The position numbers were made by a program, and so were the translations under genes. From Christensenellaceae bacterium (lineage in GTDB: Bacteria; Bacillota; Clostridia; Christensenellales; Borkfalkiaceae): a stretch of DNA of 64,000 nt. Shown piece by piece: positions 46,069 to 57,410 of the stretch. The notes under the pieces were generated by a model. That model made no database searches, had not been told where the DNA came from, and saw nothing but the letters and a program-made list of their open reading frames with translations. The stretch lies in assembly GCA_045586765.1 (NCBI GenBank), contig JAZNAX010000029.1, forward strand, positions 6,012 through 70,011, read 5' to 3'. How positions within the stretch are numbered: the stretch's first letter is position 1; the number at the start of each line of letters is the position of its first letter.

Positions 46069-47526
46069 ATGAGAAAAACAGCACTTTTTGTTTGCACTTT
46101 AATTTTATCAATATGTTCTATCTATATGGGTGGGTGCATTGATAAAGAAAAGGCCAATTTAACAGAGTATAATATTGAGTGTACGCTTGATGGCTATAAT
46201 TTAAGCGCAACTGAGAGTGTGGACTTTATAAATAATACCGACAGCGTGCTAACTGAGTTAAAGTTCAATCTTTTTGCAAATGCTTTTAGAAAAGATGCTT
46301 TGTTTTCGCCTATTTCAGCGCAATATTTATCTAGGGCATACCCTAATGGCATGAGTTATGGCGAAATGAGTATAAGTAAGGTAGAAGTTGATGGAAAAGA
46401 TGCTGAGTTTGATATTTGTGGGCAGGACAAAAACATTTTATCAGTTAAACTAGGAAAAACCATTTACCCTGATGAAAGGGTAAAAGTGACAATAAAGTTT
46501 AGCGTTTCACTAGCAAACGTTGTTGCAAGAACAGGCTATAACAACAAAACGATAAATCTTGCAAACTTTTATCCAATTTTATGCGTGTATGAAAACGGCG
46601 AATTTTATGAGTGCGTTTATTATGATAAGGGCGACCCTTTTTATAGCGAGTGCGCAAACTATCAAGTAAAAATAACTTGTGATAGCGAGTATTTAGTTGC
46701 ATCGAGTGGGGCGCAGATTGATAAAACTAAGAGTGGAAATACACAAACCTTAACATATAAAGTAGATAGCGCACGCTCTTTTTCTTTTGTTTTAAGCAAA
46801 AACTTTTCTGTTTTAACCGATAAAACGACAGGCGTAGATATAAATTACTATTATTATCAAGATGAAAATCCAACTCAGTCACTTGAGTATGCCGTAAAAT
46901 CCGTAAAACTATTTAAGAGCATGTTTGGTGCTTTCCCTTATAAAACCTATTCTGTTGTACAAACAAAGTTTGTGCAAGGTGGCATGGAGTTTCCTGCACT
47001 GGTTATGATAAGTGATGAACTTTCTGGGCTTTCTTATGGCGAAGTTATCGTGCACGAAACGGCGCATCAATATTGGCAGTCGGCAGTTGGAAACAACGAG
47101 ATAGAGCACGCATTTTTAGATGAAGGGCTTGCTGAATATTCGGTTGTTTTGTTTTATGAAAATTATAGTGAGTATGGCTATACTCGTAAAAACTTAATTA
47201 AGGCAAGCGAGCAAACCTATAAGGTGTTTTGTTCTGTCAGCGATAAACTTTTTGGCAAGGTAAACACCGTTATGCTTAGGGGACTAAAAGATTTTTCAAG
47301 CGAATATGAGTATGTAAATATAGCATACATTAAGCCTTGCATAATGTACGATAATTTAAGAACGACTATAGGTGATGGAAGATTTTTTAGTGGGCTAAAA
47401 AGGTATTATAGTAACTATAAATATAAAATTGCAAAGCCTGATGATATGGTGGGTGCGTTTGAAAAAATAGGGGCAGGCACTAACGGGTTCTTTCAAAGTT
47501 TTTTTGACGGAAAGGTTATAATTTAA
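46069..47526 (+). CDS. M1-family (gluzincin) metallopeptidase lipoprotein
   Basis: Lipobox YMGGC after MRKTALFVCTLILSICSI, with HETAHQYW (HExxH) plus LDEGLAEY. ATG 46069 is preferred over 46057. Confidence 0.8.
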   Translation: MRKTALFVCTLILSICSIYMGGCIDKEKANLTEYNIECTLDGYNLSATESVDFINNTDSVLTELKFNLFANAFRKDALFSPISAQYLSRAYPNGMSYGEMSISKVEVDGKDAEFDICGQDKNILSVKLGKTIYPDERVKVTIKFSVSLANVVARTGYNNKTINLANFYPILCVYENGEFYECVYYDKGDPFYSECANYQVKITCDSEYLVASSGAQIDKTKSGNTQTLTYKVDSARSFSFVLSKNFSVLTDKTTGVDINYYYYQDENPTQSLEYAVKSVKLFKSMFGAFPYKTYSVVQTKFVQGGMEFPALVMISDELSGLSYGEVIVHETAHQYWQSAVGNNEIEHAFLDEGLAEYSVVLFYENYSEYGYTRKNLIKASEQTYKVFCSVSDKLFGKVNTVMLRGLKDFSSEYEYVNIAYIKPCIMYDNLRTTIGDGRFFSGLKRYYSNYKYKIAKPDDMVGAFEKIGAGTNGFFQSFFDGKVII

Positions 47527-47629
47527 TATAAGATTAACAAAAATCTATTTGAAAATTATTTTTCAGGTAGGTTTTTTATTTATTAGTCAAAAAAATTACA
47601 TTTTATGCCAACTAAATAAATGTTATTCA

Positions 47630-47658
47630 TTGACAAAAAGAACATAAAATGATAAACT
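47630..47658 (+). promoter_or_regulatory. sigma-A promoter TTGACA-17-TAAACT
   Basis: TTGACA 47630-47635 and TAAACT 47653-47658. Confidence 0.5.
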
Positions 47659-47700
47659 TATAAAGAATAAGATTATACTTAGGGATTTTAGGGAGATTTT

Positions 47701-48717
47701 ATGAAAAAACTTTTTAATATATTGCTTGCAGTTATGCTAATTATAGTTTGCGCTTTTTCTCTTACTGCTTGTGCTGTAGATGATGATGGCACAACTAATA
47801 AGACAGGGCTTATTATCAGCAAAAATAGCAAAGGCGAATTTGTAGTTAGAGACTTTGTTTATGTTGATAACTATTTAGATAACGGCACACTTGATATCGG
47901 TGCTATCTTAGAAGAAAAGGGCATTTCATCAGCAAAAATTTCAGCAGGTGCTTTCGATGGCGATGATAAGATTAAAACACTTATCGTTTCTGACAAAATT
48001 GTTGAAATTGAACAAGGTGCATTTAGAAACATGAAAAGCCTTGAAACATTAGAAATTCCTTTTGTTGGAAAAAATGCAAAAGCAGATGCTAAATATGACC
48101 AAACCTTAGAAACAGAAGGCAAGGCTATAAATAAGGCAAGAACATTTTCACATTTCTTTGGCACAACCGAATATGAAAAGGGTAGAAAAATGAACAATGG
48201 ATTTGGCGATGTTTACGTGCCATATACATTGAAAAACGTTATAGTAAATGCAACATCAAACGTTGATTATACTGTTGCTGGTAAAAAAGAAGGTTATGCA
48301 ATCGGTTATGAAGCGTTTAAGGATGCAAGAATTTTACAAACCATAACACTTAAAGGTGATAATCTTAAAGAAATCGGTAAAGATGCGTTCAGTGGTTGTA
48401 CAGAACTTAAATCAGTTACATTACCAAGCACAATAGTAACCGTTTATGACAATGCTTTTAGTGGTTGCACAAAGTTAACAGACGTTACTGTTTTAGGAAC
48501 AAACGTAACACTTAAAAACAATGTGTTTAGTGGTTGTACAGCAATGAATAAAATCAATAGCGGAGTAAACCTAACAATTGACCTAGCAAACTTTGTTAAC
48601 ATAGGTGACGGTGCATTTGATTTTGGCAGACAAGTTGAATTTAATGTTCGTAATAGTGGCACATTTAACCTTGATAGCATTTTTGGCACAACAACATATA
48701 AAACAATCTTAGGTTAA
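47701..48717 (+). CDS. lipoprotein with BspA-type LRR (LRR_5) repeats
   Basis: Signal peptide with lipobox SLTAC. Repeats include IEQGAFRNMKSLETLEIP, IGKDAFSGCTELKSVTLPSTIVTVYDNAFSGCTKLTDV. Confidence 0.8.
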   Translation: MKKLFNILLAVMLIIVCAFSLTACAVDDDGTTNKTGLIISKNSKGEFVVRDFVYVDNYLDNGTLDIGAILEEKGISSAKISAGAFDGDDKIKTLIVSDKIVEIEQGAFRNMKSLETLEIPFVGKNAKADAKYDQTLETEGKAINKARTFSHFFGTTEYEKGRKMNNGFGDVYVPYTLKNVIVNATSNVDYTVAGKKEGYAIGYEAFKDARILQTITLKGDNLKEIGKDAFSGCTELKSVTLPSTIVTVYDNAFSGCTKLTDVTVLGTNVTLKNNVFSGCTAMNKINSGVNLTIDLANFVNIGDGAFDFGRQVEFNVRNSGTFNLDSIFGTTTYKTILG

Positions 48718-48740
48718 AAACTAACAAAACATTATAGTAA

Positions 48741-48777
48741 AAATAATAGGTAGCGATTAAATCGCTACCTATTTTTA
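48741..48777. terminator. bidirectional terminator between convergent lipoprotein genes
   Basis: AATAGGTAGCGAT-taa-ATCGCTACCTATT. The outer arms AAACTAACAAA and TTTGTTAGTTT extend the hairpin. Confidence 0.8.
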
Positions 48778-48795
48778 TTTGTTAGTTTGAGTTTA

Positions 48796-49902
48796 TTACT
48801 TATAAGATAAGTTTACATTATTTAACCTAAACACTAAAGCGCCTAAACAATTATATGATGCAGTTGTTAATGCTTCTGCATATTCAACAATTAAACTATT
48901 ATTTGCAATATTTGTTTCATCTGCAGTGTTGTTTTGAACTGACACATACTTTGGCATACCTAAGTAATTGGTACCACTAAGTGTAATTTTAAGGTTTTTA
49001 ACAGGAATTGCAAGTTCGCCTTCACTATAACTCTTATTAAATGTAGGGCTAGAATAATTAAATGATTGTTCAATATTAAGTGTTGAGTGCGATGTGTTTA
49101 TCAATTGTAAATTGCTTATATTAGAATACATATAATTTATAATTGGCAAAATCGAACTATTTCCTTTTGATATGTCTAAGTTTCTAGTTGCAAAAATCAA
49201 TAAGTTATTATCTAAAACATGTCTAAATTCATATTCGTAAGACTTTCCATCGCCTTTAATAGAAACAAATTTTTGTGCAACTAAATTATCAAAGTTGATA
49301 TAGCCTGTTATATCTTCGCCGTCATCTTCAGCATAATATTTCTTGGTCATAACATAACTACTTTTTTTATAAGTCGTTGTATATTGATAAATCTTATGAG
49401 CGAACTCTATTTGGTTACCATCAATACCGATATAAGTGTTCTTTACGGTCGTTTTAGAATAGATAGGTGCATAAGACCACTCGCTACCATAAAACCACAC
49501 TTCGCTAATAATTTGGTCGTTATAAGTTTTATCATCGCTAACATCGGTGTTTCTTTTAGTGTCAACAACATCAATTTCAAATGTCGTTTTCAAGTGGTTA
49601 ATAACGCCCCTTGGGTTATCTCCGTCAATATTATTAACGGGTGCTAAAACACCTGTTTCATATTCGGTGACGTATAAACCATTTATATAATTAGGCAAGA
49701 TGTTGTCACTTATTTCACTAGACCTTTTAATTTCTTTATAATTTTTATCTAAAGAGACGCTATAGGTAAGTGTTTCTTTTTTGATATCTTTTATATTAGA
49801 ACTATTAAACTCTAATATGGTGTCTCCCGTGCAACTACAGCCCGAAAGGGTAAACAATACACTAAGACACACGGCTAAAATTAAAAAAATAAATCTTTTC
49901 AT
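48796..49902 (-). CDS. hypothetical lipoprotein (368 aa)
   Basis: MKRFIFLILAVCLSVLFTLSGC lipobox. No family recognised. Confidence 0.6.
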   Translation of the reverse strand: MKRFIFLILAVCLSVLFTLSGCSCTGDTILEFNSSNIKDIKKETLTYSVSLDKNYKEIKRSSEISDNILPNYINGLYVTEYETGVLAPVNNIDGDNPRGVINHLKTTFEIDVVDTKRNTDVSDDKTYNDQIISEVWFYGSEWSYAPIYSKTTVKNTYIGIDGNQIEFAHKIYQYTTTYKKSSYVMTKKYYAEDDGEDITGYINFDNLVAQKFVSIKGDGKSYEYEFRHVLDNNLLIFATRNLDISKGNSSILPIINYMYSNISNLQLINTSHSTLNIEQSFNYSSPTFNKSYSEGELAIPVKNLKITLSGTNYLGMPKYVSVQNNTADETNIANNSLIVEYAEALTTASYNCLGALVFRLNNVNLSYK

Positions 49903-50010
49903 TGTTTGCTCCTATTCAATTTCTATACTATGATAACACAAATTAAAAAAAATGTAAAACATCTATCTAAAAAACACAAAAAAAACCATAAAATATGATA
50001 CAATGTAAGT

Positions 50011-53000
50011 ATGGTAAATCTTATTACAACAGATTCATACTTTAATATGTTTGAATTGCTTTTGCAATCTTTAGAAAAAAACACAAAAAGTATCGAACAA
50101 AAAAACATAATATTTTGTGAAGAAAAAGTTTCGCTTATGATAGAGCGACTTATTTGTTATAAGTTTGGTGGAACGTTTAGCACTCAGGTGTTTTCGTTTG
50201 GCAACTTTTTGCGTGCCCAAAAACCTATGGATAACCTTTTAACGATAGAAGGCTCTTCTATGGCTGTTAAAAAGATTTTATCAAGCGTAAAACTTAACTG
50301 CTTTAAGGCAAGTAAAACGACTATTGCGCCAACGCTATATAACTTAATAATACAACTAAAAAGTGCCAAGGTTACCCCAAACGATATAAAGGTCGCTATA
50401 GAGAATACCGATGGTGTTTTGAAAAACAAACTTATAGACATTTATGAAGTTTATAGTGCCTATGAAGATTTTGTTCAAAAGAACGGTTTTTTAGACCAGT
50501 CTTCATACCTTTCGCACCTAAATGAAGTTATAGAAAACGCAGAGATTTTAAGTGGCGCTAATATTTACCTTGTTGGATTTAATGGTTTTACAGCGCAAAT
50601 GCGTCAGGCAGTAGATTCGCTTATAAAACGCACAAACAATTTGACGGCGTTTTTATGTGAAGGGGATAACCCACTTGTGTTTGTAAACGAAAGTGCTTAT
50701 TTTATTAAGCAGTTATGTCAAGAGCAAAATTATCCATTATTATATAAAACAGAAAAGAGCAAATACTCAAAAAATGCAAGGATTATAATCGACAGCATTT
50801 ATAATCCGTTTGCCTTAAACAAGGATAGTTATAAAGGTCAAGAGTTTGAGAGCGAGGGGGACGTATTTTGTTATTTTGCACCTAACCCTATTAAAGAAGT
50901 TGAAAGGGTGGCGCAAATCATAAAGCAAAAAGTATTAAATGGCGAGTGCAGGTATAAGGATATGACTATTGCACTTCCAACCAACGAATATGTGCCTATT
51001 ATCCAAAAGGTTTTTGATAATTTACAAGTACCTTATTTTATCGATGAGCGTAAAAAGGCAGAGCATCACCCACTTATCAAGTTGATTATTTCTTATATCG
51101 ATGTTATAAGAAAGAATTTTAACACAAAATCTTTAATCGCTTTTGCAAAAAATCCATATTTTTGCACAGAGCAAAGCCTTGCTGAAAACTTTGAAAATTA
51201 TTTGATTAAATATAACGTAACGGGCTATAAAGTAAAACAACCTTTCACGCTTAAATCTAATGGTGAAGACCTTGATATGCTTAATGCTTTTAGAGAAAGT
51301 TTAATAAGCCATTTTGAAAAGTTTGATGTTTTAGGTTTATTAGAAAGGCTTGACGTCAAGAATAAAAACCAAGAATACGCTGATAAACTCATTGCACTTG
51401 GCGAGATAGAAGAAGGTGCAATATGTGCACAAATGTATGATTCTGCCATAAATCTTTTGTCGCAAATGCAATTATTGCTTGGCGACTTAAAACTTTCTAT
51501 TAAAGAATATAGGTCAATTTTTGTCAGTGGCATTTCTGCACTTGAAATGTCTATTATTCCACAATATAACGATGCCGTGTTTATAGGCAATTATAAACAA
51601 ACGGCGCTTGGAAAGGCAAAGCACTTGTTTGCAATAGGTTTAACAAACGCCGTTCCTAACGTTCAAACGGATATGTCACTTCTTAGCGATGATGATATTA
51701 CCATGCTTGAAGAGATAAAAGTTTTAGTTGAGCCAAAAATCAACATTGTAAACCATAGGAACAGGGAAAACTTTGCTTTAGGTTTAACGGCTTTTAAGGA
51801 TAGTTTATATTTAAGTTATCCTGTATGCGCAATAGATGGCACTAAAATGTTCAAAAGCGAAGTGTTAGAAGAGATATTTAATCTTGTAGAATATAAGCCT
51901 TTTGAAAACGAAAATGGATACTTAACGGCAAAACAAGGGCTAAAGACATTTGCAAAAGAGTGTGGCGAATTTTCTGATGGAAAAATAATAGACATAACTA
52001 AAGCAAGTTCTTTTTACAAAACGGGCATTTCGCCTATTGCAAAAAGAATTATAGAAAAGGCAAATACAAGTCTTCAAGAAAAATTAGAGTCATCAAAAGA
52101 AATACTTATTTCTAACGAGATTTCGCCAACGACCATTGAAGATTATTATAAATGCCCATATAAGTCGTTTTTATCGCATGCGTTAAGGGTGACAAAAAGA
52201 GAGCAGGGCGATGTTGACAGCCTTTCTGTCGGTAATTTAATGCACCAAATTTTTGATGGCTTTATTCGTGAAATGGATGAAGTAGCCGATGAAGAAAGTT
52301 CAAATGCGCTTTTTGATAAAATTAGTAAAAGCGTGCTAGAAAGGGAAGAATACAAAAAGTTCTTAAGTGAAAGTCGTTCTAGTATGACTATTAAAAGGGT
52401 GCTTAATGAAAGCAAAAATTATTGCTTTAAGACTTATATGTCCTTTAAGAGTAGTTCGTTTAAGGTTGCCAAAAGCGAAGCAAGGTTTGGCGAAAATGGT
52501 GACTATCCACCGATAAACTTGCTTAACGGACAAGTTAAAATGAAAGGTAAAATCGATAGGGTTGACCAGACTGACGATTATGTTAGGGTTATAGACTATA
52601 AAACAGGCTCTACCGATTCAACCAAAAAATCTCTATTTGCAGGCGTAAAACTACAACTCTTTTTGTATGGATATGCAGTAAGCCAAAAAGATAATGGTGA
52701 AAAGCAGGTCGCTGGCTTATATTACTTGCCTATTTCGGATAAATATGTAGATGAAAAGGGTGTGGAATCGGCTATGTCAGATGGGCATACGTTAAATGAA
52801 AGTGAAGCAATCATTGCCCAAGACCAAACTTTTTATCAAAGTGGAAAAAGCGAGTTTATGCCTATAACGCTTTCTGATAAGGGCGAACTAAAAAGTGCAA
52901 TGTCAAGAGATGAGATAAACAGGTTTATGGACTATGCCGTAAACATAAGCGAACTTGCAACAAGTCAATTAAAAGAGGGGGTTATAGTGCCTTCGCCTTA

Positions 53001-53115
53001 TGAAAAGGTTTGTGAATATTGCGAGTTTAAGGGTATATGCAAGCAAGAAAAGCAATTGGAAAGAAAGATAAAATCGGTTAGCGCCCAAACAATTGTAGAG
53101 GCGCAAAAGGAATAA
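50011..53115 (+). CDS. addB: helicase-nuclease complex subunit AddB (RexB-type, no N-terminal P-loop)
   Basis: 1034 aa. QVFSFGNF block, C-terminal nuclease/Fe-S Cys cluster (YYKCPYKSF ... CEYCEFKGIC) and DYKTG. The usual GxxGxGKT is absent at the N-terminus, as in RexB. Confidence 0.88.
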   Translation: MVNLITTDSYFNMFELLLQSLEKNTKSIEQKNIIFCEEKVSLMIERLICYKFGGTFSTQVFSFGNFLRAQKPMDNLLTIEGSSMAVKKILSSVKLNCFKASKTTIAPTLYNLIIQLKSAKVTPNDIKVAIENTDGVLKNKLIDIYEVYSAYEDFVQKNGFLDQSSYLSHLNEVIENAEILSGANIYLVGFNGFTAQMRQAVDSLIKRTNNLTAFLCEGDNPLVFVNESAYFIKQLCQEQNYPLLYKTEKSKYSKNARIIIDSIYNPFALNKDSYKGQEFESEGDVFCYFAPNPIKEVERVAQIIKQKVLNGECRYKDMTIALPTNEYVPIIQKVFDNLQVPYFIDERKKAEHHPLIKLIISYIDVIRKNFNTKSLIAFAKNPYFCTEQSLAENFENYLIKYNVTGYKVKQPFTLKSNGEDLDMLNAFRESLISHFEKFDVLGLLERLDVKNKNQEYADKLIALGEIEEGAICAQMYDSAINLLSQMQLLLGDLKLSIKEYRSIFVSGISALEMSIIPQYNDAVFIGNYKQTALGKAKHLFAIGLTNAVPNVQTDMSLLSDDDITMLEEIKVLVEPKINIVNHRNRENFALGLTAFKDSLYLSYPVCAIDGTKMFKSEVLEEIFNLVEYKPFENENGYLTAKQGLKTFAKECGEFSDGKIIDITKASSFYKTGISPIAKRIIEKANTSLQEKLESSKEILISNEISPTTIEDYYKCPYKSFLSHALRVTKREQGDVDSLSVGNLMHQIFDGFIREMDEVADEESSNALFDKISKSVLEREEYKKFLSESRSSMTIKRVLNESKNYCFKTYMSFKSSSFKVAKSEARFGENGDYPPINLLNGQVKMKGKIDRVDQTDDYVRVIDYKTGSTDSTKKSLFAGVKLQLFLYGYAVSQKDNGEKQVAGLYYLPISDKYVDEKGVESAMSDGHTLNESEAIIAQDQTFYQSGKSEFMPITLSDKGELKSAMSRDEINRFMDYAVNISELATSQLKEGVIVPSPYEKVCEYCEFKGICKQEKQLERKIKSVSAQTIVEAQKE

Positions 53116-53117
53116 AA

Positions 53118-56100
53118 ATGTCTAAGTTTACTAAAGAACAACTTCAAGCAGTTGAACATGAAAGTGGCAACATATTGATTTCAGCATCGGCAGGCAGTGG
53201 CAAAACTCATACTATGATAAGCAGGCTTGTAAGACTTGTCATGCACCAAAACGTCGATGTAAATCAAATTCTTGCTGTAACTTTTACCGAAAAATCTGCT
53301 ATAGACATGAAGGAAAAACTTAAAAGTACATTGATGAAATCGCAAGATGTGGATAGAAAAAGGCTATATAAACAAATAGCCCTTATTCCAACTTGTGATA
53401 TTTCCACTTTGCACGCATTTTGCGCAAGGCTTATTCGCCATTATTTTTATGAAGTGGGGCTTTCTCCTGACTTTAGCGTTGCAGAAGATGCTTTAGTAAA
53501 AACTATGCAAAGTGAGTGCGTAGACAAAACTTTTAAGGAGTTTTATGAGTCGGGGGAAGACTGGTTTTATACGCTTATAGACAGGCACGCCGTTAGTAGA
53601 AACGATAGTGCATTAAAGCAACTCGTTATAACGGCATATTTGTTTGCTAATTCCGAGCAAAATCCAGACTTGATTTTAGATAAGTATAAAAGCGAATACC
53701 AAAAAGAAAATTTTGAAAACTTACTAAATAAATATTTAGAAATGTTAAAAAGTCAAGTCAGTTTGCTTTATAAAGATGTGCTAAATGCATATACTTATCT
53801 AACTAATAATGGGCTTGAAAAGGGCATAGCCTTTACAAAAATGGTTGTTGCCGACATGCAAATAGTTCTAAATGCAAAAGACGTGTATGTTGTAAAAAGC
53901 AAGTTTGAAGGTTGCTATGCAAGGCTTAGTTTTGATAGTAAATTAACAGAAGAACAAAAACAAGTTAAAGAAACGGTGGACGCTTGCCGTAAAAAGTTTA
54001 GAAAAATTATAGAAAGATATAATGCACATTTATCGGATAAAGAAAGCGACTTTATGGCGATAGAAAGCCTTTCAAAACACACCGAGCATTTTATAAGCGT
54101 TGTAAAAAGGTTTGCAGAAATTTATGATGCTGAAAAGCGTGATGAAAACGTTTTAGACTTTGCTGACTTAGAGCATTTTGCACTTAAGATTTTAAGAAAC
54201 GATAACATTTTAGATGAAGTAAGAAAAAAATATAAATACGTTTTTGTCGATGAATATCAAGACATAAACGGCGTTCAAGAAAGCATAATAAACCTTATTG
54301 CAAACGATAACTTGTTTATGGTTGGCGATATTAAGCAAAGCATTTATGGTTTTAGGGGTTGTAGACCAGACTTTTTTGCAAGCAAGTTCGAATCAATGCA
54401 AAAAAACGGACAAAAAGTGCTTTCTCTTAACCATAACTTCCGTTCAGCAAAAGCAATTATCGACGTGGTCAATCAAGTTTTTTGTTATTCTATGACAAAA
54501 GAGTTTTTTGAAAGTGAATATAAAGGCAATGCCGAACTCGTTAGTGGTGGGGTATACCCACAGGACAAGACAGGCAGGGCAATACTGCACGTTCTTGAAA
54601 AGGAAAAAGGAAGGGACACCCAAAAGGAAAGCCCAAGAGTTTATAACATTTTACAAGAAATAAAAAAAGAAGTTGATTTTAAGGATAATCACACGGCATC
54701 GCTAATTACCGAGATTATAAACGAAGAACTTAAAAAGACCTATTATGACTTCAAAAATAATTGCGACAGGCAAATAACATATAGCGACATTGCAATTTTA
54801 ACAAGAAATAAAGACAATTCTTATGTGCAAGGCATTGTAAAGGGCTTAATGATGCACGGCGTGCCGGTTATTTCTGAAGTTAAAGAAAATATCTGCGATT
54901 ATCCAGAAATACAAATGGTTATAAACGTGCTTAGGCTGGTTGATAACTTCAGTCAAGAAATTCCACTTGCAAGCACTCTCCTTAGCCCTATTGCAGACTT
55001 TACTAACGATGATTTGGCTCAAATAGTATGTGCGTTTTCGCATACGGAAGACGCAAAAAATAACAAAAAATGGTCGTTTATTCACGCATATAAATATTAT
55101 CTTGAAAACGTTACAGATGACCTATCTTCAAGGCTAAAAGAATTTAATAGGTATATAGAAGAACTAACATTTGTCTCTAAGTTTATAGGCGCACAAGGTG
55201 TGCTTAATAAGATTATTGATGAAAAAGATATAGAAAGTTATTTGTTTGCTGGGCATAATGGCACAAAGAAAGTTGCCCTATTAGATAGGCTAGTTTGGGC
55301 TTCTATCGATGGGGATAAAAAACTAACCGTTCAAGAATTTTTAGACAAGGTTGACAATTCGCCAGAGAGTTTTGCTTTTGCAGATAGTCAAAAGGAAGAT
55401 GCTATAAGTTTTATGACAATTCACGCATCAAAGGGCTTAGAATTCCCTGTGGTTATCGTGTGTGGATTAGAACAAAACATGAAGTTAAGCGAAAAGAAAA
55501 ACGACGTAATATTTAGTCGTGAGCACGGCTTGGCGTTTATGGACTTTGATGACCAAAATAGAAAAAAGAAAGAAACGCTTTTGCGAGCAGTTATCAAAGA
55601 AGAGACTAGAACAAATAGCGTTAAAGAAGAATTAAGGCTCTTGTATGTTGCACTAACTAGGGCCACCTATTCGCTTCATATGATTTATGAAGGGGAATAC
55701 ACCACGAGAAAAGATGTTTTTACAGGTGCAGAAAAGTATATTGATTATATTCCTAATTCGGTGCCATATAGCGAGCATTTTATAAGCGACCTTGGTTTTA
55801 TAGAACTAAAAAGCGACACACGAAAGATTATCATAGGTCAAAGTGATGAAAAGATTATAAGCGATATGAAAGATAGGTTTTCTAAAAAATATCCTTTTGA
55901 ATTAGACACCACTTTGCCGTTAAAATTAAGTGTAACTAAGGTTAATAATGATGAAGAAAAATCTGAACTCGTACATTTAATTTTTGATGAGCAAACTCCT
56001 GATATAGAAAGGGGTAATATTGCGCATAAAATTATGGAGCATTTTGACTTCGATAGCACGCTTGACTTACATGCACAAGTTTTAAAAATGATAGAAAACA

Positions 56101-56483
56101 AGATTTTATCAACAGGGCAAGTCGAAAAGGTTAATTTACAGCGCATACAAAACGCCATAAATAGTGGTGCATTTAACGAAGTTAAAGGCACAAAACTTTA
56201 TCGAGAAAAAATGTTCTTAACTTTGGTTGACGCTGGCATGGTGCTAGACACCTTAAGCAAAGAACAAGTGGTTTTGCAAGGCGTTATAGACCTTCTTTCT
56301 ATCGCTAGTGACGGCGCTATTATCATTGACTATAAGTATTCATCTTTAGATAACGAAAGCCTTAAAAAGCAATATCATAAGCAGTTAGAACTATATGCTA
56401 TAGCAACAAAAAAAGTGCTTAACCTAGACATAAAAAAGATGGTAATAGTAAATTTGTTTACAGGCGAAACGGTTGAAATTTAA
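53118..56483 (+). CDS. addA: ATP-dependent helicase/nuclease subunit AddA
   Basis: 1121 aa. SASAGSGKTHTM, VFVDEYQDING, TIHASKGLEFPVV, YVALTRA and a C-terminal RecB-type nuclease (GVIDLL...IIDYKY). Confidence 0.95.
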   Translation: MSKFTKEQLQAVEHESGNILISASAGSGKTHTMISRLVRLVMHQNVDVNQILAVTFTEKSAIDMKEKLKSTLMKSQDVDRKRLYKQIALIPTCDISTLHAFCARLIRHYFYEVGLSPDFSVAEDALVKTMQSECVDKTFKEFYESGEDWFYTLIDRHAVSRNDSALKQLVITAYLFANSEQNPDLILDKYKSEYQKENFENLLNKYLEMLKSQVSLLYKDVLNAYTYLTNNGLEKGIAFTKMVVADMQIVLNAKDVYVVKSKFEGCYARLSFDSKLTEEQKQVKETVDACRKKFRKIIERYNAHLSDKESDFMAIESLSKHTEHFISVVKRFAEIYDAEKRDENVLDFADLEHFALKILRNDNILDEVRKKYKYVFVDEYQDINGVQESIINLIANDNLFMVGDIKQSIYGFRGCRPDFFASKFESMQKNGQKVLSLNHNFRSAKAIIDVVNQVFCYSMTKEFFESEYKGNAELVSGGVYPQDKTGRAILHVLEKEKGRDTQKESPRVYNILQEIKKEVDFKDNHTASLITEIINEELKKTYYDFKNNCDRQITYSDIAILTRNKDNSYVQGIVKGLMMHGVPVISEVKENICDYPEIQMVINVLRLVDNFSQEIPLASTLLSPIADFTNDDLAQIVCAFSHTEDAKNNKKWSFIHAYKYYLENVTDDLSSRLKEFNRYIEELTFVSKFIGAQGVLNKIIDEKDIESYLFAGHNGTKKVALLDRLVWASIDGDKKLTVQEFLDKVDNSPESFAFADSQKEDAISFMTIHASKGLEFPVVIVCGLEQNMKLSEKKNDVIFSREHGLAFMDFDDQNRKKKETLLRAVIKEETRTNSVKEELRLLYVALTRATYSLHMIYEGEYTTRKDVFTGAEKYIDYIPNSVPYSEHFISDLGFIELKSDTRKIIIGQSDEKIISDMKDRFSKKYPFELDTTLPLKLSVTKVNNDEEKSELVHLIFDEQTPDIERGNIAHKIMEHFDFDSTLDLHAQVLKMIENKILSTGQVEKVNLQRIQNAINSGAFNEVKGTKLYREKMFLTLVDAGMVLDTLSKEQVVLQGVIDLLSIASDGAIIIDYKYSSLDNESLKKQYHKQLELYAIATKKVLNLDIKKMVIVNLFTGETVEI

Positions 56484-56573
56484 TTTTATTAAATTTGACA
56501 AAAAAAGTTATTAAATATCAAAAAGTTCGGTTTTATTATCCCTTATATATTTTAATATTAAAAGGGGGATAAT

Positions 56574-57296
56574 ATGAACGGACTTTTTTCACTTTTTATG
56601 AATAGTTTTTTTGACCTTTTTTATCAAAATTTAAGCCCTTCTACCTTGGCAATTGTCTTAAATGGTTTAGTGTGGCTCTTAACGATATTTTGCATGATTA
56701 TTTGTTTATCTAAAAGGCAATACGGCTTAATAAAAAGGCTGTGGATAGTGTTTGATTTTGTGGGAATTTGTTTAATAGAGTTCTGGTTCGAAATTAAAAA
56801 TAATGGGCAAATAACATTTGCCGTATATACTGTGGCAAGTTGCATTTTAGGACTTTCAATATGTTTATTTTTGCCAAAAAAACAAATGAAAATAAGTGAT
56901 GAAAAACGCTCTCTCGCTCAGTTTTTAGATAGGTGTGCAAATAGTCAAAATAGCCAGCAGAGTTATAAAAAAAATGCTTTAAATTATGCTGATGGTGGGG
57001 AATATAAGCCATCTAAAGTGTTTTCTTCGCCTATTATTAGCACAAACAATGTTGAATTTAATGGTCAAGAAAAAACTATAAACAAAAAAGATGAAGAAAT
57101 AGATTTTTCGCACATAAAAAACATATTAAGTAGGCTTGAGTATTATCCACTTAAAGAGCAAGATAAAAAAAGTGCCCTTGAACTTGAAAAAGCCATATTA
57201 GAAGCAGAAGAAAACGGACTCGACAAAAACTTAAAGCAAAACATTAACGAAGGGCTTGGTGCTCTACTTAAAATAATGGCAAAATATGCCGTGTAA
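56574..57296 (+). CDS. hypothetical membrane protein (240 aa)
   Basis: About four N-terminal TM helices, then a soluble helical C-terminus. No family recognised. Confidence 0.55.
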   Translation: MNGLFSLFMNSFFDLFYQNLSPSTLAIVLNGLVWLLTIFCMIICLSKRQYGLIKRLWIVFDFVGICLIEFWFEIKNNGQITFAVYTVASCILGLSICLFLPKKQMKISDEKRSLAQFLDRCANSQNSQQSYKKNALNYADGGEYKPSKVFSSPIISTNNVEFNGQEKTINKKDEEIDFSHIKNILSRLEYYPLKEQDKKSALELEKAILEAEENGLDKNLKQNINEGLGALLKIMAKYAV

Positions 57297-57346
57297 TAGG
57301 ATAATGAAATAGCCCATATAAATTTAGCCCTAATTTTGTAGTTATG

Positions 57347-57376
57347 TTGACATGTTGCCTTTTTATATAGTATAAT
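57347..57376 (+). promoter_or_regulatory. sigma-A promoter TTGACA-18-TATAAT
   Basis: TTGACA 57347-57352 and TATAAT 57371-57376. Confidence 0.6.
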
Positions 57377-57410
57377 AATTAAAATTATTAAGAAAGGGGG
57401 CATAACTGCT